From Candidatus Bathyarchaeota archaeon (lineage in GTDB: Archaea; Thermoproteota; Bathyarchaeia; 40CM-2-53-6): a DNA stretch of 64,000 nt. Location: contig CAVTBR010000002.1 in assembly GCA_963733055.1 (NCBI GenBank), forward strand, positions 256,001 to 320,000, read 5' to 3'. Made by a program: the position numbers and the translations under genes. Shown here in pieces: positions 19,145-29,816 of this stretch (its first letter is position 1; every line of letters begins with the position of its first letter). Under the pieces are notes generated by a model. That model searched no databases, was not told the DNA's origin, and was given only the letters and a program-made list of their open reading frames with translations.

Positions 19145-19801
19145 GTGCGGACCATCATTCGACGCAGCTACCTGCTAACGTTTCTTGCCCTCTCATTAGC
19201 AGTAGCGATGATCGGGTCCGGTTTTGTGTACGCCGATGCATGTTCGGCCCAGTTGGGGTATCCGATAATCCCGTCTGTTTACGCTAACACGATTGTAACG
19301 GTTGTTATACCCCTCTCAGCAACTTGCTCGACGCCTTACGGCAGTCAGATCTACGCTAACGCCAACGCATACGACCTGAATACCAATACGGCTGCTGATT
19401 CCGTGAATACGGTTCTTACTTCAGTTAATGGAGGGTATACCTTCACGGGACAGTTGGGGTTCAATTTACCAGCCTCAATTCAGAGCCATTGGGTGCAAAT
19501 CGCGGTGACCATCTACAGCGACCAGTCTGGCAACCAATTAACCACGAGTGGCGAGGCATTCCAGGTTAACAGTGGGACGGTGCAAGTGATCACTACCACG
19601 ATCACTCAGCTACCTGCGGGCCAATTCGCCCCCGGTTCGACGGGAACATACAGCGGGACATACAGCGGGCGCCGCGGGTTCATCTTCGCTTACGTTGCGA
19701 TCGCGGCCATACTAGCGACGGTCATTATTGTCGTGGTCGGTCTCATCGTGTACTCACGAAGACCAACCCGCTACTACTATCCAGCTGCACCCGGCTACTG
19801 A
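19145..19801 (+). CDS. Secreted, C-terminally anchored beta-rich surface protein
   Basis: Signal peptide ending VYA-D, Thr linker, C-terminal TM plus RR and a YYY tail. Confidence 0.75.
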   Translation: MRTIIRRSYLLTFLALSLAVAMIGSGFVYADACSAQLGYPIIPSVYANTIVTVVIPLSATCSTPYGSQIYANANAYDLNTNTAADSVNTVLTSVNGGYTFTGQLGFNLPASIQSHWVQIAVTIYSDQSGNQLTTSGEAFQVNSGTVQVITTTITQLPAGQFAPGSTGTYSGTYSGRRGFIFAYVAIAAILATVIIVVVGLIVYSRRPTRYYYPAAPGY

Positions 19802-19850
19802 TTTCTAAAACGAGACAATGCGCGCAGAGAATCTTCTGCGCCGCCCAAGA

Positions 19851-20642
19851 CTAGGATCTTCTCTTGAAAGCGCGGTTAGCCAAGACTGCCACAAGCGCCG
19901 CCACTACTCCGACCGCGATAAGACCCAGAACCGCTATCGGGTCCGTGACCGGTTGTGTTTCTAACTGGTTCACGGTTGACGTGACATATCCTGTAATGTA
20001 TTGAGTCTGCTGTTGCGTCAAGAACTGGGTTTGCCACGTCTGAAGAGCTTGAGTTACATAATTCGTTTGAGTGACCTGCAGAGTCACGGCGTATTGTGGC
20101 GGATACGGAGGGTTCTGATAGGGAGGGTTGTAGTACTGATAGTAACTCGTGTAATAGTACGTGTAAGTCCGATAAACCGGATACGTTACAGTTGTAGTTG
20201 CCGTTTGGGTCCCGTCTACTGCGAGGACCGTACTTGTTGTCACCGTCGTTGATGGAATCGTAGTCGTATCAGTCGCCGTGCTTGTTATCGTCGCCGTAAC
20301 GGTGCCCACTGTTGAGGTCGTGTCGACTGTCGACGTCGCTGTGGTGGTGATAGTCATGGGAATCGTGGTCGTATCAGTTTCTGTGTTGGTTATAGTATCC
20401 GTTACGGTGCCGGCCGTACTCGTCACAGTATTCGTCTCAGTGATCGTCGCCGTGGATTGCGTCGTTTGAGTTTCAATGGTTGTAGAAGTTACAGGTACGA
20501 TCGTTGTACTCGTCACAACTGTCGTATCGGTCTCGGTTGTAGTGATAGCTTGGGCCTTGCCAAACTGGACCAGCGTACTCAACGCCACGAAACATACTGT
20601 AACTAATAGCAGGCCTAGAAGTATCCTCGTTCGATTTTCCAA
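19851..20642 (-). CDS. Mucin-like Thr-rich surface glycoprotein
   Basis: Signal peptide, more than 100 aa of TTxT repeats, Tyr/Pro-rich segment, C-terminal TM and KRR; TTG start 20642 inferred. Confidence 0.75.
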   Translation of the reverse strand: MENRTRILLGLLLVTVCFVALSTLVQFGKAQAITTTETDTTVVTSTTIVPVTSTTIETQTTQSTATITETNTVTSTAGTVTDTITNTETDTTTIPMTITTTATSTVDTTSTVGTVTATITSTATDTTTIPSTTVTTSTVLAVDGTQTATTTVTYPVYRTYTYYYTSYYQYYNPPYQNPPYPPQYAVTLQVTQTNYVTQALQTWQTQFLTQQQTQYITGYVTSTVNQLETQPVTDPIAVLGLIAVGVVAALVAVLANRAFKRRS

Positions 20643-20908
20643 CAGCCATTCCTTACTGTGACAGAGCCGCTCCGTTTGTAGTAGGTGCTCGAGGATCGCT
20701 GGCATAAAAGGAAGATGGATGATACATCCATTCTCCAGGCCCGGAGAGCTCCACACGAGGTGCCTGGATGAATATTCCATGGCCTCACAGTGAATCAAAC
20801 TATCCGATTCACAACGGGGTTTTGAGATTCACCCTCGTTCAAAGTTCGAGCGCTGAACCGAAACTCATAAGGACAAATCCACATTTATCCCGTCAAGGCG
20901 TTGCCATT

Positions 20909-21850
20909 TTGAAACCTGGCGAACAGGTCGACTCACTCAAGTCCCCGAGGTTTTCTCAGGTAACTACGTTCGCACGCCTTCCTAACATGCAAGCGTTGGA
21001 TGGGGTTAAGGCAGCTTTCCTTGGAGTGCCTTTCGATGATGGAACAACTTTTCGGCCTGGTCCGCGGTTTGGTCCGAGGGCTGTGCGAGAGGCGTCTAGG
21101 TTGTTGCGCCCCTACAATCCAGTTCTGGACGTCAAGCCGTTTCAAGTGCTGGGGATGATTGATTTTGGTGACGTGGACGTGGTTCCTGGTTACATTGAGG
21201 ATACCTTCGAGAAGATTGAACGCTCCACGGGAAACATTTTCGCGGCTGGAGTTATTCCCGCTGTGTGTGGCGGAGATCATTCAATCACGCTTCCGATTCT
21301 TCGTGCCGCAGCAAAAGTTCACGGTGGAGGTCTTTCTTTGATTCACTTTGATGCACACTCGGATTGTTGGGACAGTTACTTTGGCCGAAAATACAACCAC
21401 GGAACAACCTTCAAGCGCGCGTTAGAGGAGAAGCTGATCGATCCAGCACGATCAATGCATCTCGGATTACGGGGCTCTGTGTATGAGAGCTCAGATTTGG
21501 CGGATCTAAGTAAGATGGGTTTCTCTGTGATTACGATGAAGGAGTTTGCCAGGCTTGGTGTCGAAGAAGCGATCAAACGAACTATAGCGCTGTCCCGTGG
21601 GAATGTCTATGTTTCGCTGGATATCGACGGTGTGGACCCGGCGTTCGCCCCGGGGACTGGTACGCCAGAGGTTGGAGGGTTCACAAGCCGGGAGATTCTC
21701 GACCTAGTTCGGGGTCTGGTTGGTGTTAACGTGATTGGATTTGATGTGGTAGAAATCTCTCCACCATACGACAGCGCCGAGGTGACTGCGCTATTGGGCT
21801 CCAACCTGTTGTATGAACTCTCATCCGTAGTCGCTAAGAACAAACAATAA
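20909..21850 (+). CDS. speB: Agmatinase / ureohydrolase
   Basis: GGDHS, HFDAHSD, HGT and SLDIDGVDPAFAPGTGTP; TTG start 20909 inferred, with a TATA-like ATTTAT about 25 nt upstream. Confidence 0.9.
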   Translation: MKPGEQVDSLKSPRFSQVTTFARLPNMQALDGVKAAFLGVPFDDGTTFRPGPRFGPRAVREASRLLRPYNPVLDVKPFQVLGMIDFGDVDVVPGYIEDTFEKIERSTGNIFAAGVIPAVCGGDHSITLPILRAAAKVHGGGLSLIHFDAHSDCWDSYFGRKYNHGTTFKRALEEKLIDPARSMHLGLRGSVYESSDLADLSKMGFSVITMKEFARLGVEEAIKRTIALSRGNVYVSLDIDGVDPAFAPGTGTPEVGGFTSREILDLVRGLVGVNVIGFDVVEISPPYDSAEVTALLGSNLLYELSSVVAKNKQ

Positions 21851-21884
21851 CCGCACGGAGAATCACTCACGAAGGTCGACTTTC

Positions 21885-22706
21885 ATGAATCCCACCGTGG
21901 CAGTAGCGCAAATGAATTGTACGTTAGGCAATGTCAGTCGGAATCTCGACAAGATCAAAACTCTCGCACGCCGCGCCGGCCGGAGTGAAGCGGATTTCGT
22001 CTGTTTTCCCGAACTTGCCACAACAGGTTACGCACTGAACCGTTCGTGGCGCAAGCTTGCTGAAACGGTTCCGGGACCGACTTCCAATGCGCTCGGGCGG
22101 ATCGCGAGTGAGCATGGTTTCTACTTAATCTGTGGAATCGACGAACTCGACCCAAAGAGCGATAGGATTTACGACTCCTCAGTCCTTATCGACCCAAACG
22201 GTAACATTGCCGGCGTTTACAGGAAGGTCCAGCTTTGGGCAAACGAACAAAAATATTTCACATCCGGAAATTCATTCCCAGTCTTCCGAACACGGTTCGG
22301 TAGGATAGGTCTTGGAATTTGTTACGACCTCGAGTTTCCTGAACCCGCACGGATAATGGCGCTAAGCGGCGCGGATATCATCTTCTTTTCCTCAGCGCAA
22401 CCCAAGCCCATGCAGACAATGGTTGACACATATGTTCGAAGCCGTGCAGGAGAGAACACAATTTTCGCATGCCATTCCAATAGGATAGGACGCGAGGGCA
22501 ACTTGGTCTACTTCGGCCAAAGCCAAATCGTCTCCCCAACCTGCAAACCCCTTGCAAGAATGGGCGAAACTGAGGGTCTGGTTCACGCAGAGTTGGATCT
22601 TTCGATCCTCAAGAAACTTAGAAAAAACAAGTTACCCTACTTCCGAGATAGGGCATCAAGCCTCTATTCAGCTCTTGGAAAGAAGAAACTAACCAATTCC
22701 CGATAA
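21885..22706 (+). CDS. Carbon-nitrogen hydrolase (nitrilase superfamily amidase)
   Basis: FPEL, YRK and ICYDLEFPE catalytic triad. Confidence 0.92.
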   Translation: MNPTVAVAQMNCTLGNVSRNLDKIKTLARRAGRSEADFVCFPELATTGYALNRSWRKLAETVPGPTSNALGRIASEHGFYLICGIDELDPKSDRIYDSSVLIDPNGNIAGVYRKVQLWANEQKYFTSGNSFPVFRTRFGRIGLGICYDLEFPEPARIMALSGADIIFFSSAQPKPMQTMVDTYVRSRAGENTIFACHSNRIGREGNLVYFGQSQIVSPTCKPLARMGETEGLVHAELDLSILKKLRKNKLPYFRDRASSLYSALGKKKLTNSR

Positions 22707-22788
22707 TTGTAAGCTGCTGGAGAATAAATGGCCCAGCTGGGCCACGGGCTGTCAGACCCTGTTGTTGGTGGGAGGGAGGAGGCGTGGT

Positions 22789-24390
22789 CTATTCTGGTGG
22801 GATTTGGCGGAAGATGTGGGCGAAATCTACTCCTCTACTCTTGTTGATGAAGTACGAGACGTAGTAGATTATGAATAGTATGACGATTGGGCCGAATATG
22901 AATTCCAATCCCAAATTGCCCGCAAACCCGAAGATAGCTGGCACACTGATGTATTGGTAGAATGTGTACAGCGAGTAAATTACGACAACTATTGCAGTCA
23001 ATAGGTATACGGGCCCGCCGAGGTAAGATTTCGAAATCGGTGAGGCCTTGTAATCAGCAGCTCTCCTAAACCTATAGACGAGAAGAGCAAGCCCGACAAC
23101 AAATATCGGGAATAGCAGTATGATCGCTACGGCCGCTCCGGACATAAGAAATGCGTCACCGGCAGTGGTGGGGAGGACAAAGAGAACCCCCGCAAACAAG
23201 CCGATGATTAGCGATGCAATCATTGGTTTCACAGGGGCATGGAACCTGGTACTTACCTCACCAAATTCTGCAGGCAGGATGCGGTCCATGGAATATGAGA
23301 GAAACAGCCTGCCACCAACGAACACAGCGTTCGCTTGATACCACCAGAGTTGGATCGTTGCTACAATAATTATGAAACTTCCGAGGGCAACATTGTTACT
23401 GATTGCCGCCGCAAGGAAATCCAAGTAAGGAATGACTGGGAAAGGCGGGGCTACGAAGTTTATTGAAAGCACGTAAAGGTTGGATAGGAAGTTGTAGCCG
23501 AAGGCTTGGTAGCTAAGAATCGTGGCGCCTGCGAAGATTACGAAAGTTATGATCAGAGTTGTAATTATTGCAAGAGGCATAGTTTTCTTAACTTGACGTA
23601 CTTCACCAGCAACGTAGATTGCCGAGATAATGTAGGAAAACCCTACTACGTACACAGCGTTAAGTGCAAGAGTATTTGCCCAACTGGTCGCCGCAGGGGC
23701 TGGGTTATTATTTGTTGCTCCCCAATTGTTGACGGACTGGACTAGTGTTGCGTTACCCGTTAAGGTGTTGAGTCGACTCAACGCGACGGCTTGCGGCGTC
23801 GTCCCAAGCACGATGAACATCACAGCTACCCCGATGAGAATTAGGGGTAGGATAATTTTGCCGAGCAGCTTGAAGATTCGGTAGCCGAACAAAGGCAGGA
23901 GCCCCGCAAGGACGGTCAATCCACCGCCAACAACGAGAATGTAAAATGGTTGCCCCAGGGTAGTGGCGAGACTCAGGTATCCCGGGTTATTCGTGGCGAA
24001 GCCAAGATATGCGAAGAGGGAACTCAACCCGAACGACTCTAGCGTCGTGATCGTAATTCCCATGAAGAGCGGTACAGTTGCAACAAAGTAACCTGCGTTC
24101 CCCACGAATCCGATAGCTGGGTGGAAGTATCGACTGGTGAAAACATAGTCACCAGCTGTACGGGGCGTGATAATAGAAACGATTGAGAATGCAAGTCCTA
24201 CGAAGGCCATGCCCACGAGCGCGATCAGCCCGCCGGTGAGCGGGTCGCCCCCGATCAATGGTGCGGTCGACGCAACATAAACTAGAGAGAAGAAGACGCC
24301 GACAAGCGCTAGGTTAATCCAGACTGTGTCAAGGAAACCGAACTCTCTTACAAGGCCAGTTGCGTCCCGTAGGAATACTTTCTGAGTCAT
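22789..24390 (-). CDS. APC-family amino acid/polyamine permease
   Basis: FLRDATGLVRE N-terminus, PRTAGDYVF, YVAGEV, about 12 TM, IPPE C-terminus; ATG at 24390. Confidence 0.9.
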   Translation of the reverse strand: MTQKVFLRDATGLVREFGFLDTVWINLALVGVFFSLVYVASTAPLIGGDPLTGGLIALVGMAFVGLAFSIVSIITPRTAGDYVFTSRYFHPAIGFVGNAGYFVATVPLFMGITITTLESFGLSSLFAYLGFATNNPGYLSLATTLGQPFYILVVGGGLTVLAGLLPLFGYRIFKLLGKIILPLILIGVAVMFIVLGTTPQAVALSRLNTLTGNATLVQSVNNWGATNNNPAPAATSWANTLALNAVYVVGFSYIISAIYVAGEVRQVKKTMPLAIITTLIITFVIFAGATILSYQAFGYNFLSNLYVLSINFVAPPFPVIPYLDFLAAAISNNVALGSFIIIVATIQLWWYQANAVFVGGRLFLSYSMDRILPAEFGEVSTRFHAPVKPMIASLIIGLFAGVLFVLPTTAGDAFLMSGAAVAIILLFPIFVVGLALLVYRFRRAADYKASPISKSYLGGPVYLLTAIVVVIYSLYTFYQYISVPAIFGFAGNLGLEFIFGPIVILFIIYYVSYFINKSRGVDFAHIFRQIPPE

Positions 24391-24778
24391 GAAAAACCAA
24401 GTAACGACGGCTCGTGAGTATTTAACACTAACCACACCACATAATAGACCTGAACTTTCAGGCATTTTCACGCAGTTTTGACGCTAGGCACTGCCACGGA
24501 TCCTGGCGCGCCGATCGCTTCGCCGGGGTCGCTGTGTAGGCTTCACCATTGGAGACCCGCGATGGATAGCTTGTATCCAGAGAGTTTAGGGGTCATGTAT
24601 CGCTCTCCGAGGGTGGAATAGCGCTTGGAGCTTGGCGAGATCCGCAAATCTGCGCGAGTCCTTCGTCAGGACCAATAGCTTTGTTCTGATGCTTCTCGTA
24701 TCGGTCGGGATTAGGAACACGGAATGTGTTCTCCGCGCATTTACAAACTATTCGAAATGGTCTAACCGTGTTCCGGAG

Positions 24779-25204
24779 TTAGGTTTTCTCGATGTGTCTT
24801 TTGATTGCATCAAGTTCTCTGCGCATTCCGGACTCGATCCTGTCTTTTACTAATCCACCGAGCATCTTCGCAAATCCAGGGAGTACAATGTCCCCACTAA
24901 GAGATAATTGCGTTCCATCTGGGACTCTCTTGAAGATAAACGTCATTTTCGTTCCCGTACCGTCCCCGTCAATTGTCTCTGCTTCGATCCTTTCGTTCGT
25001 GTAAGTCACTCGTGTTTGAGATTTCAATGTTCGACCTTCAGCCTCAGCAACGGTCTCGTAGGTAGCTGTGTTTCCATCGCGGTTTAGCAGCTTGACAGAC
25101 TTCCAGTACTCGGAGTACTCCGGAGCCCTCTCGAAATCGCTCATAACAGAAAACACCATTTCAGGTGCGGCCCTTATGACCTCCGACAGTTCTATCAGGA
25201 CCAT
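24779..25204 (-). CDS. SRPBCC/START-like ligand-binding protein
   Basis: IRAAPEMVFSVMSDFE pattern with a C-terminal helix. Confidence 0.8.
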   Translation of the reverse strand: MVLIELSEVIRAAPEMVFSVMSDFERAPEYSEYWKSVKLLNRDGNTATYETVAEAEGRTLKSQTRVTYTNERIEAETIDGDGTGTKMTFIFKRVPDGTQLSLSGDIVLPGFAKMLGGLVKDRIESGMRRELDAIKRHIEKT

Positions 25205-25333
25205 GCCATATCACAGGTCGGTATCTGCAAGCTTGAGAAAAACATTCTCTCACCCAAGTTGGCAAGAAACTTTACCCAGTCGATATATGAGTTGAAAGAC
25301 TCGCCAAATGGATCCAAATCGGGGTACAGAAAC

Positions 25334-26443
25334 ATGAAACTGACTCCGCTGTACAATGTTCACGTGTCTCTCGGAGCACGAATGTTTACCACTGCCGCTG
25401 GATACCTAATGCCCGCCCACTATTCTACGATCGAACAGGAACACCGGTCGGTGAGAGAAAGGGTTGGAGTGATTGACCTTTCGCTCATGGGAAGAATTGA
25501 CATCAGAGGATCGGGGGCGCTAGAACTTGTAGACCAACTCGCAGTCAACGCAGCTACCAAGCTTACCGACGGGCAGGCAATGTACACAACATTCTGCAAC
25601 GAGAATGGAAATATGGTTGACGACGTCACAGTATGGCGCTTCAACCAAGAGTACTTTCGAGTTGTCACATCGTCAGTCATGCGTTACAAGACCCTGAAGT
25701 GGATCCAGGATCACCGTAGACCGGGCGCGCCAGCGTACGTGACTGATGTAAGCTCGGGCCTCGGCATGATTGCAGTTCAAGGCCCCAAGTCTCGCGATAC
25801 GCTGCAAGAAATAGTTGATTCCGACCTGGGCCAGCTGAAGTTCTTCCGTTTCATGACCACGAAGTTGGCCGGCATTCCTGCCGTAATAGCTCGGCTTGGT
25901 TACAGCGGAGAACTCGGGTATGAATGCTATTTCGCAACAGAAGACACCGTTCAAGCATGGAACAGTATCACGGAAGCTGGAAAGAAATTTCAAATTACAC
26001 CATACGGGCTCGATGTTCTAGACACCCTCAGGTTCGAGAAAGGATTCATCTTTTTCGGATACGAAGTAACAGACGCGAATAACCCGTACGAGTGCGGCTT
26101 AGAGAAATGGATCAGATCCGACAAACCTAGCTTCATGGGTAAAAGCGCGTTAGCGAAACTAAGTGTACAAGGCCCCAAACGGAAATTAGTTGGGCTCGAA
26201 CTTTCCGACGACGAGATCACACCCATCTCTCAGCCAGTAGACGTGCAAGGCAGAAGGATTGGCGAAACGGTTGCAGGCTTCCGCGGCCTAACTGTCGGAA
26301 AGAATCTAGCTTGGGCTTTTGTCGAGTCAGATAAAGCTAAGGAAGGAATCGAAGTTACCGTAAACGTGAAGGGGAAGAATAAGCCCGCACGAATCGTGGA
26401 TGTTCGTTACTATGATCCGAAGGGCGAGAGAATGCGGATGTAG
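25334..26443 (+). CDS. GcvT-like THF-dependent aminomethyltransferase family protein
   Basis: TPLY..H..LGA, MP.HY, EH..VR, IDLS.MG, RLGYSGELGYE, LRFEKG and YDPKGERMR. Confidence 0.9.
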   Translation: MKLTPLYNVHVSLGARMFTTAAGYLMPAHYSTIEQEHRSVRERVGVIDLSLMGRIDIRGSGALELVDQLAVNAATKLTDGQAMYTTFCNENGNMVDDVTVWRFNQEYFRVVTSSVMRYKTLKWIQDHRRPGAPAYVTDVSSGLGMIAVQGPKSRDTLQEIVDSDLGQLKFFRFMTTKLAGIPAVIARLGYSGELGYECYFATEDTVQAWNSITEAGKKFQITPYGLDVLDTLRFEKGFIFFGYEVTDANNPYECGLEKWIRSDKPSFMGKSALAKLSVQGPKRKLVGLELSDDEITPISQPVDVQGRRIGETVAGFRGLTVGKNLAWAFVESDKAKEGIEVTVNVKGKNKPARIVDVRYYDPKGERMRM

Positions 26444-26514
26444 GAAAACAAGTCATGTGAAGGCATGTCGGCAGTCCTAAATACGTGACACCTGGACGCT
26501 CGTATTGAGCTACA

Positions 26515-28071
26515 TTGAGTGTAAACTATGATGTAGTCGTTATCGGCGCGGGACACAACGGGCTTGTCGCTGGCGCGTATCTTGCGCGGCAAGGGTTGAA
26601 AGTTATCATATTGGAAAAACGGCCGATTGTTGGAGGATCGGCGATAACTGAAGAACTCTGGCCAGGTTTCAAGGTCAGCCGGCTATCCTACGCGTACAGT
26701 TTGTTTCTCCCGCGAATCGTGCGCGAACTTGAACTAGAAAAGAATGGCCTGGAGCTTCTCTCGTACGATCCGGATCTATTTGTTCCGTTCCCTGATGGCA
26801 GGTACATGTTCGTTTGGAACGATGATAAGAAAACTGCGAAGGAGATTGAAAAATTCTCCAGGCATGACGCCAAAACCTACTTCGATTACCTTGAATTCTG
26901 GAAGAACATGTCATGGCTCCTTGGCCCCGCAGCCGAGCAGCCACCTCCGCCGATTCACGAGTTCGCCGCCATGTTCGATAAACCAGAAGCCCAAGATCTC
27001 CTACGCTATCTAATGTTCTCAAGCGCAAAAGAGATTCTTGACGAGTATTTCGAATCGGATGAAGTGAAAGCGGTTTTCGCGCCCCGCGGCCTCATCGGAA
27101 CAATGGTGGGGCCAATGACTCCTGGAAGCGGCTATGTGCTAGGGCATCATGTGATCGGAGGCTCGACTGGCGAGCAAGGTAAATGGGGTTACCTGAAGGG
27201 AGGCATGGGTGGCCTTTCCAATGCCATAGCCAATTCAGCTAGAAAATTCGGGGCCACAATAATGACAAACGCCGACGTATCGAAGATTGTGGTGAAAGAC
27301 AAGAAAGCAGTTGGAGTGGAGCTGCGCGACGGAAAGACCATAACAGCCAAGGTGGTGGTGTCTAACGCCGACCCCAAGCAAACATTCCTTGGATTTATCG
27401 GCGAAGAACATTTTGAACCGGATTTCGTCAAGATGGTGAAGAAAATCAAGGACCAAGGGTGCGTGGTAAAGATCAACGCCGCCTTGAAAGAAATACCAGA
27501 GTTCAAAGTCCTACCAGGTAAGGGTCCAGGACCCCAACACAAGGGAATAACAGGAATAGGGCCCTCAATAGATTACCTGGAAAAGGCGTTCGACGACGCG
27601 AAATACGGTCAACCCGCCAAGAACCCATTCCTAAGAGTGACGTTCCATTCCGTCACTGACCCCGATCTAGCCCCTCCGGGTAAGTATACGATGTCCGTCT
27701 ACAGCCAGTACTTCCCCTACCATCTAAGAAACGGTTCGTGGGATGAGATCAGAGAGGAAGTGGGGGAGAACATCATCAATACACTTGCCGAATATGCGCC
27801 GAACGTGAAGGGCGCCATCCTGCACAAGGAAGTTCTAACTCCGCTGGACATGGAACGAATGTTCTCCCTACCCGAAGGGAACATATTCCATATGGAAATA
27901 ACCCCAGACCAAATGCTTTCCTTCAGACCAGTCCCAGGCTGGGCGCACTACCGAACTCCGATTCAAGGAGTATACTTATGCGGAGCGGGAACCCACCCGG
28001 GCGGAGGAGTATTGGGAACGCCGGGCTTCAACGCGGCCCAAGCCATCATAACTGACCTCAAGCCAAACTAG
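26515..28071 (+). CDS. Phytoene-dehydrogenase-like FAD oxidoreductase (PYROXD2-like)
   Basis: IGAGHNGLVAG, GGMG, TPLD..GNIFH and YLCGAGTHPGGGV.G.PG.NAA. Confidence 0.9.
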   Translation: MSVNYDVVVIGAGHNGLVAGAYLARQGLKVIILEKRPIVGGSAITEELWPGFKVSRLSYAYSLFLPRIVRELELEKNGLELLSYDPDLFVPFPDGRYMFVWNDDKKTAKEIEKFSRHDAKTYFDYLEFWKNMSWLLGPAAEQPPPPIHEFAAMFDKPEAQDLLRYLMFSSAKEILDEYFESDEVKAVFAPRGLIGTMVGPMTPGSGYVLGHHVIGGSTGEQGKWGYLKGGMGGLSNAIANSARKFGATIMTNADVSKIVVKDKKAVGVELRDGKTITAKVVVSNADPKQTFLGFIGEEHFEPDFVKMVKKIKDQGCVVKINAALKEIPEFKVLPGKGPGPQHKGITGIGPSIDYLEKAFDDAKYGQPAKNPFLRVTFHSVTDPDLAPPGKYTMSVYSQYFPYHLRNGSWDEIREEVGENIINTLAEYAPNVKGAILHKEVLTPLDMERMFSLPEGNIFHMEITPDQMLSFRPVPGWAHYRTPIQGVYLCGAGTHPGGGVLGTPGFNAAQAIITDLKPN

Positions 28072-28237
28072 GGCCCGAAGGTTTAGCGTGGGTACGCGAC
28101 TGTGACTACCTGACTCCACCGATCCGATAAGGCATTACTACCTCAGTCCGCGATCGAGATGCAATACTGGACGAATCGTCCACGATGCTTTTACACCTAG
28201 CTCGACATCGTTGCGCGTCAAACAGGAGTTCCCGCAT

Positions 28238-29734
28238 ATGAAGCTAGTCTACGCAATCATATCAATCACAGTCATCATGATCATTGTTAGCGGAATGACA
28301 CTCCCACTATTAGCGCCAAACCCAGCCAGCGCCTCAGGTTCGAAGATTCAGCACCTTATCTTCATCGTGCAGGAGAATCATTCCTTCGACAATTACTTCG
28401 GTACGTATCCCGGCGCCAACGGGCTGCCTATGGATGTTGCCATTCCCTTCGACCCTAACCAGACGGGTCTGGGCTACGTGAGACCGTTCCACCTGAACGT
28501 TTCTCAACCCATAATGATTGTGGGTGATGAACTCCCACCTGGCGTCGAGGATCCCGAACAACTTCAAACTCAGTCTACTTCGTCATTCCATTTCGACAGC
28601 GAGTCGATCGGTAGGGATCTGAGCCACGCGTGGTCAGTCGCCCACGAAGCCTACAATAACGGTAAGATGGATGGCTTCGTAGCCGCGGAAGGAAGCATTT
28701 TGACCATGGGGTATTATGATCGGAGCGATATTCCCTACTATTGGGATTACGCGAACCAGTATGTCTTAGATGATAATTTCTTCTCCTCTCTAATGGGCCC
28801 GAGCCTCCCGAATCACCTGTACATTGCTTCCGGAACAAACGGCCCGGTAAACCTCACCTATCATTGGATATTCAATGGTGCAGTGGTCGACAACCCCGGC
28901 TCGAACTTCAACTGGCAGGGCTTCTCATTAGACTGGTCTACACTCGCCCAAGAGATGAGTAACGCAAACGTGTCTTGGGCATGGTACGATGGGATGCGTA
29001 AACCCCTGCAACCCAACATCTGGGACGTGCTGCCACTTTTCACCTACTTCCAGAACAACCCAGGTCAACTGAGCGCCCATGTTCAGAACACACCGAACTT
29101 TATCTCAGCCATAACAAACGGGCAATTACCGGCGGTTTCATGGATCATGCCCGGCGGCTGGGTGCCTCCAAACTACCCCGCCGCTTGCAGCGGACAGTCA
29201 CCCAGTGAACACCCCCCGGCTCGAAGCGATTGCGGAATGGATTACGTGTCGTACTTGGTGAATCAGGTAATGCAGAGTCAATATTGGCAATCGTCCGCGA
29301 TCATTGTGACCTGGGATGATTACGGGGGTTTCTATGATCACGTCGCTCCGCCTCAAGTCGACGCCTTCGGCGAAGGCTTCCGAGTCCCAACCCTCGTCAT
29401 ATCACCCTGGGCCAAACATGGTTACATCGATCATACGCAGTACGAGTTCGCATCCATGCTAAAGCTGGCGGAGGACAACTTCAACCTTCCAACCCTAGGA
29501 GTAAGGGATGTGGCTGCGAATGATATGATGAACTCATTCGACTTCAACCAAACGCCCCAACTCACGCTGATGGAGCCAGCGAACTTCGTCGGCCCGGCAG
29601 CCGAAACAACTACCACAACAACGGCAATCCCAGAACTCGACCCAACCCAAACATACCTCATTCTCGCCCTCGTCGTTGCAGTCGCCGCGATCGTACCAGC
29701 CTACCTAATCGGACGGCGAACCACTCGATCGTGA
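28238..29734 (+). CDS. Phosphoesterase (phospholipase C / acid phosphatase AcpA family) with a PEF-CTERM-like anchor
   Basis: [33 protein letters not shown] and GFRVP.LVISP; signal peptide; [11 protein letters not shown] + TM + RR. Confidence 0.9.
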   Translation: MKLVYAIISITVIMIIVSGMTLPLLAPNPASASGSKIQHLIFIVQENHSFDNYFGTYPGANGLPMDVAIPFDPNQTGLGYVRPFHLNVSQPIMIVGDELPPGVEDPEQLQTQSTSSFHFDSESIGRDLSHAWSVAHEAYNNGKMDGFVAAEGSILTMGYYDRSDIPYYWDYANQYVLDDNFFSSLMGPSLPNHLYIASGTNGPVNLTYHWIFNGAVVDNPGSNFNWQGFSLDWSTLAQEMSNANVSWAWYDGMRKPLQPNIWDVLPLFTYFQNNPGQLSAHVQNTPNFISAITNGQLPAVSWIMPGGWVPPNYPAACSGQSPSEHPPARSDCGMDYVSYLVNQVMQSQYWQSSAIIVTWDDYGGFYDHVAPPQVDAFGEGFRVPTLVISPWAKHGYIDHTQYEFASMLKLAEDNFNLPTLGVRDVAANDMMNSFDFNQTPQLTLMEPANFVGPAAETTTTTTAIPELDPTQTYLILALVVAVAAIVPAYLIGRRTTRS

Positions 29735-29816
29735 CAATCTAACATAAGTCAACCAACGCGACCCGAACACTCCGTGAAGAACCACCTCGATAACAGAGGA
29801 CAATCGGTGAATCCGT

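Noticed and set aside
19641-19668. Short tandem repeat (ACATACAGCGGG x2) and the ACG/ACT-rich repeats in 20200-20550
   Set aside because: Coding low-complexity sequence (GTYS x2, Thr runs) with no constant repeat-spacer pattern, so not CRISPR
24480-24770. GC-rich intergenic region with CTGACGA on the minus strand (hammerhead-like)
   Set aside because: No matching GAAA core or stems I-III found, and no convincing ORF
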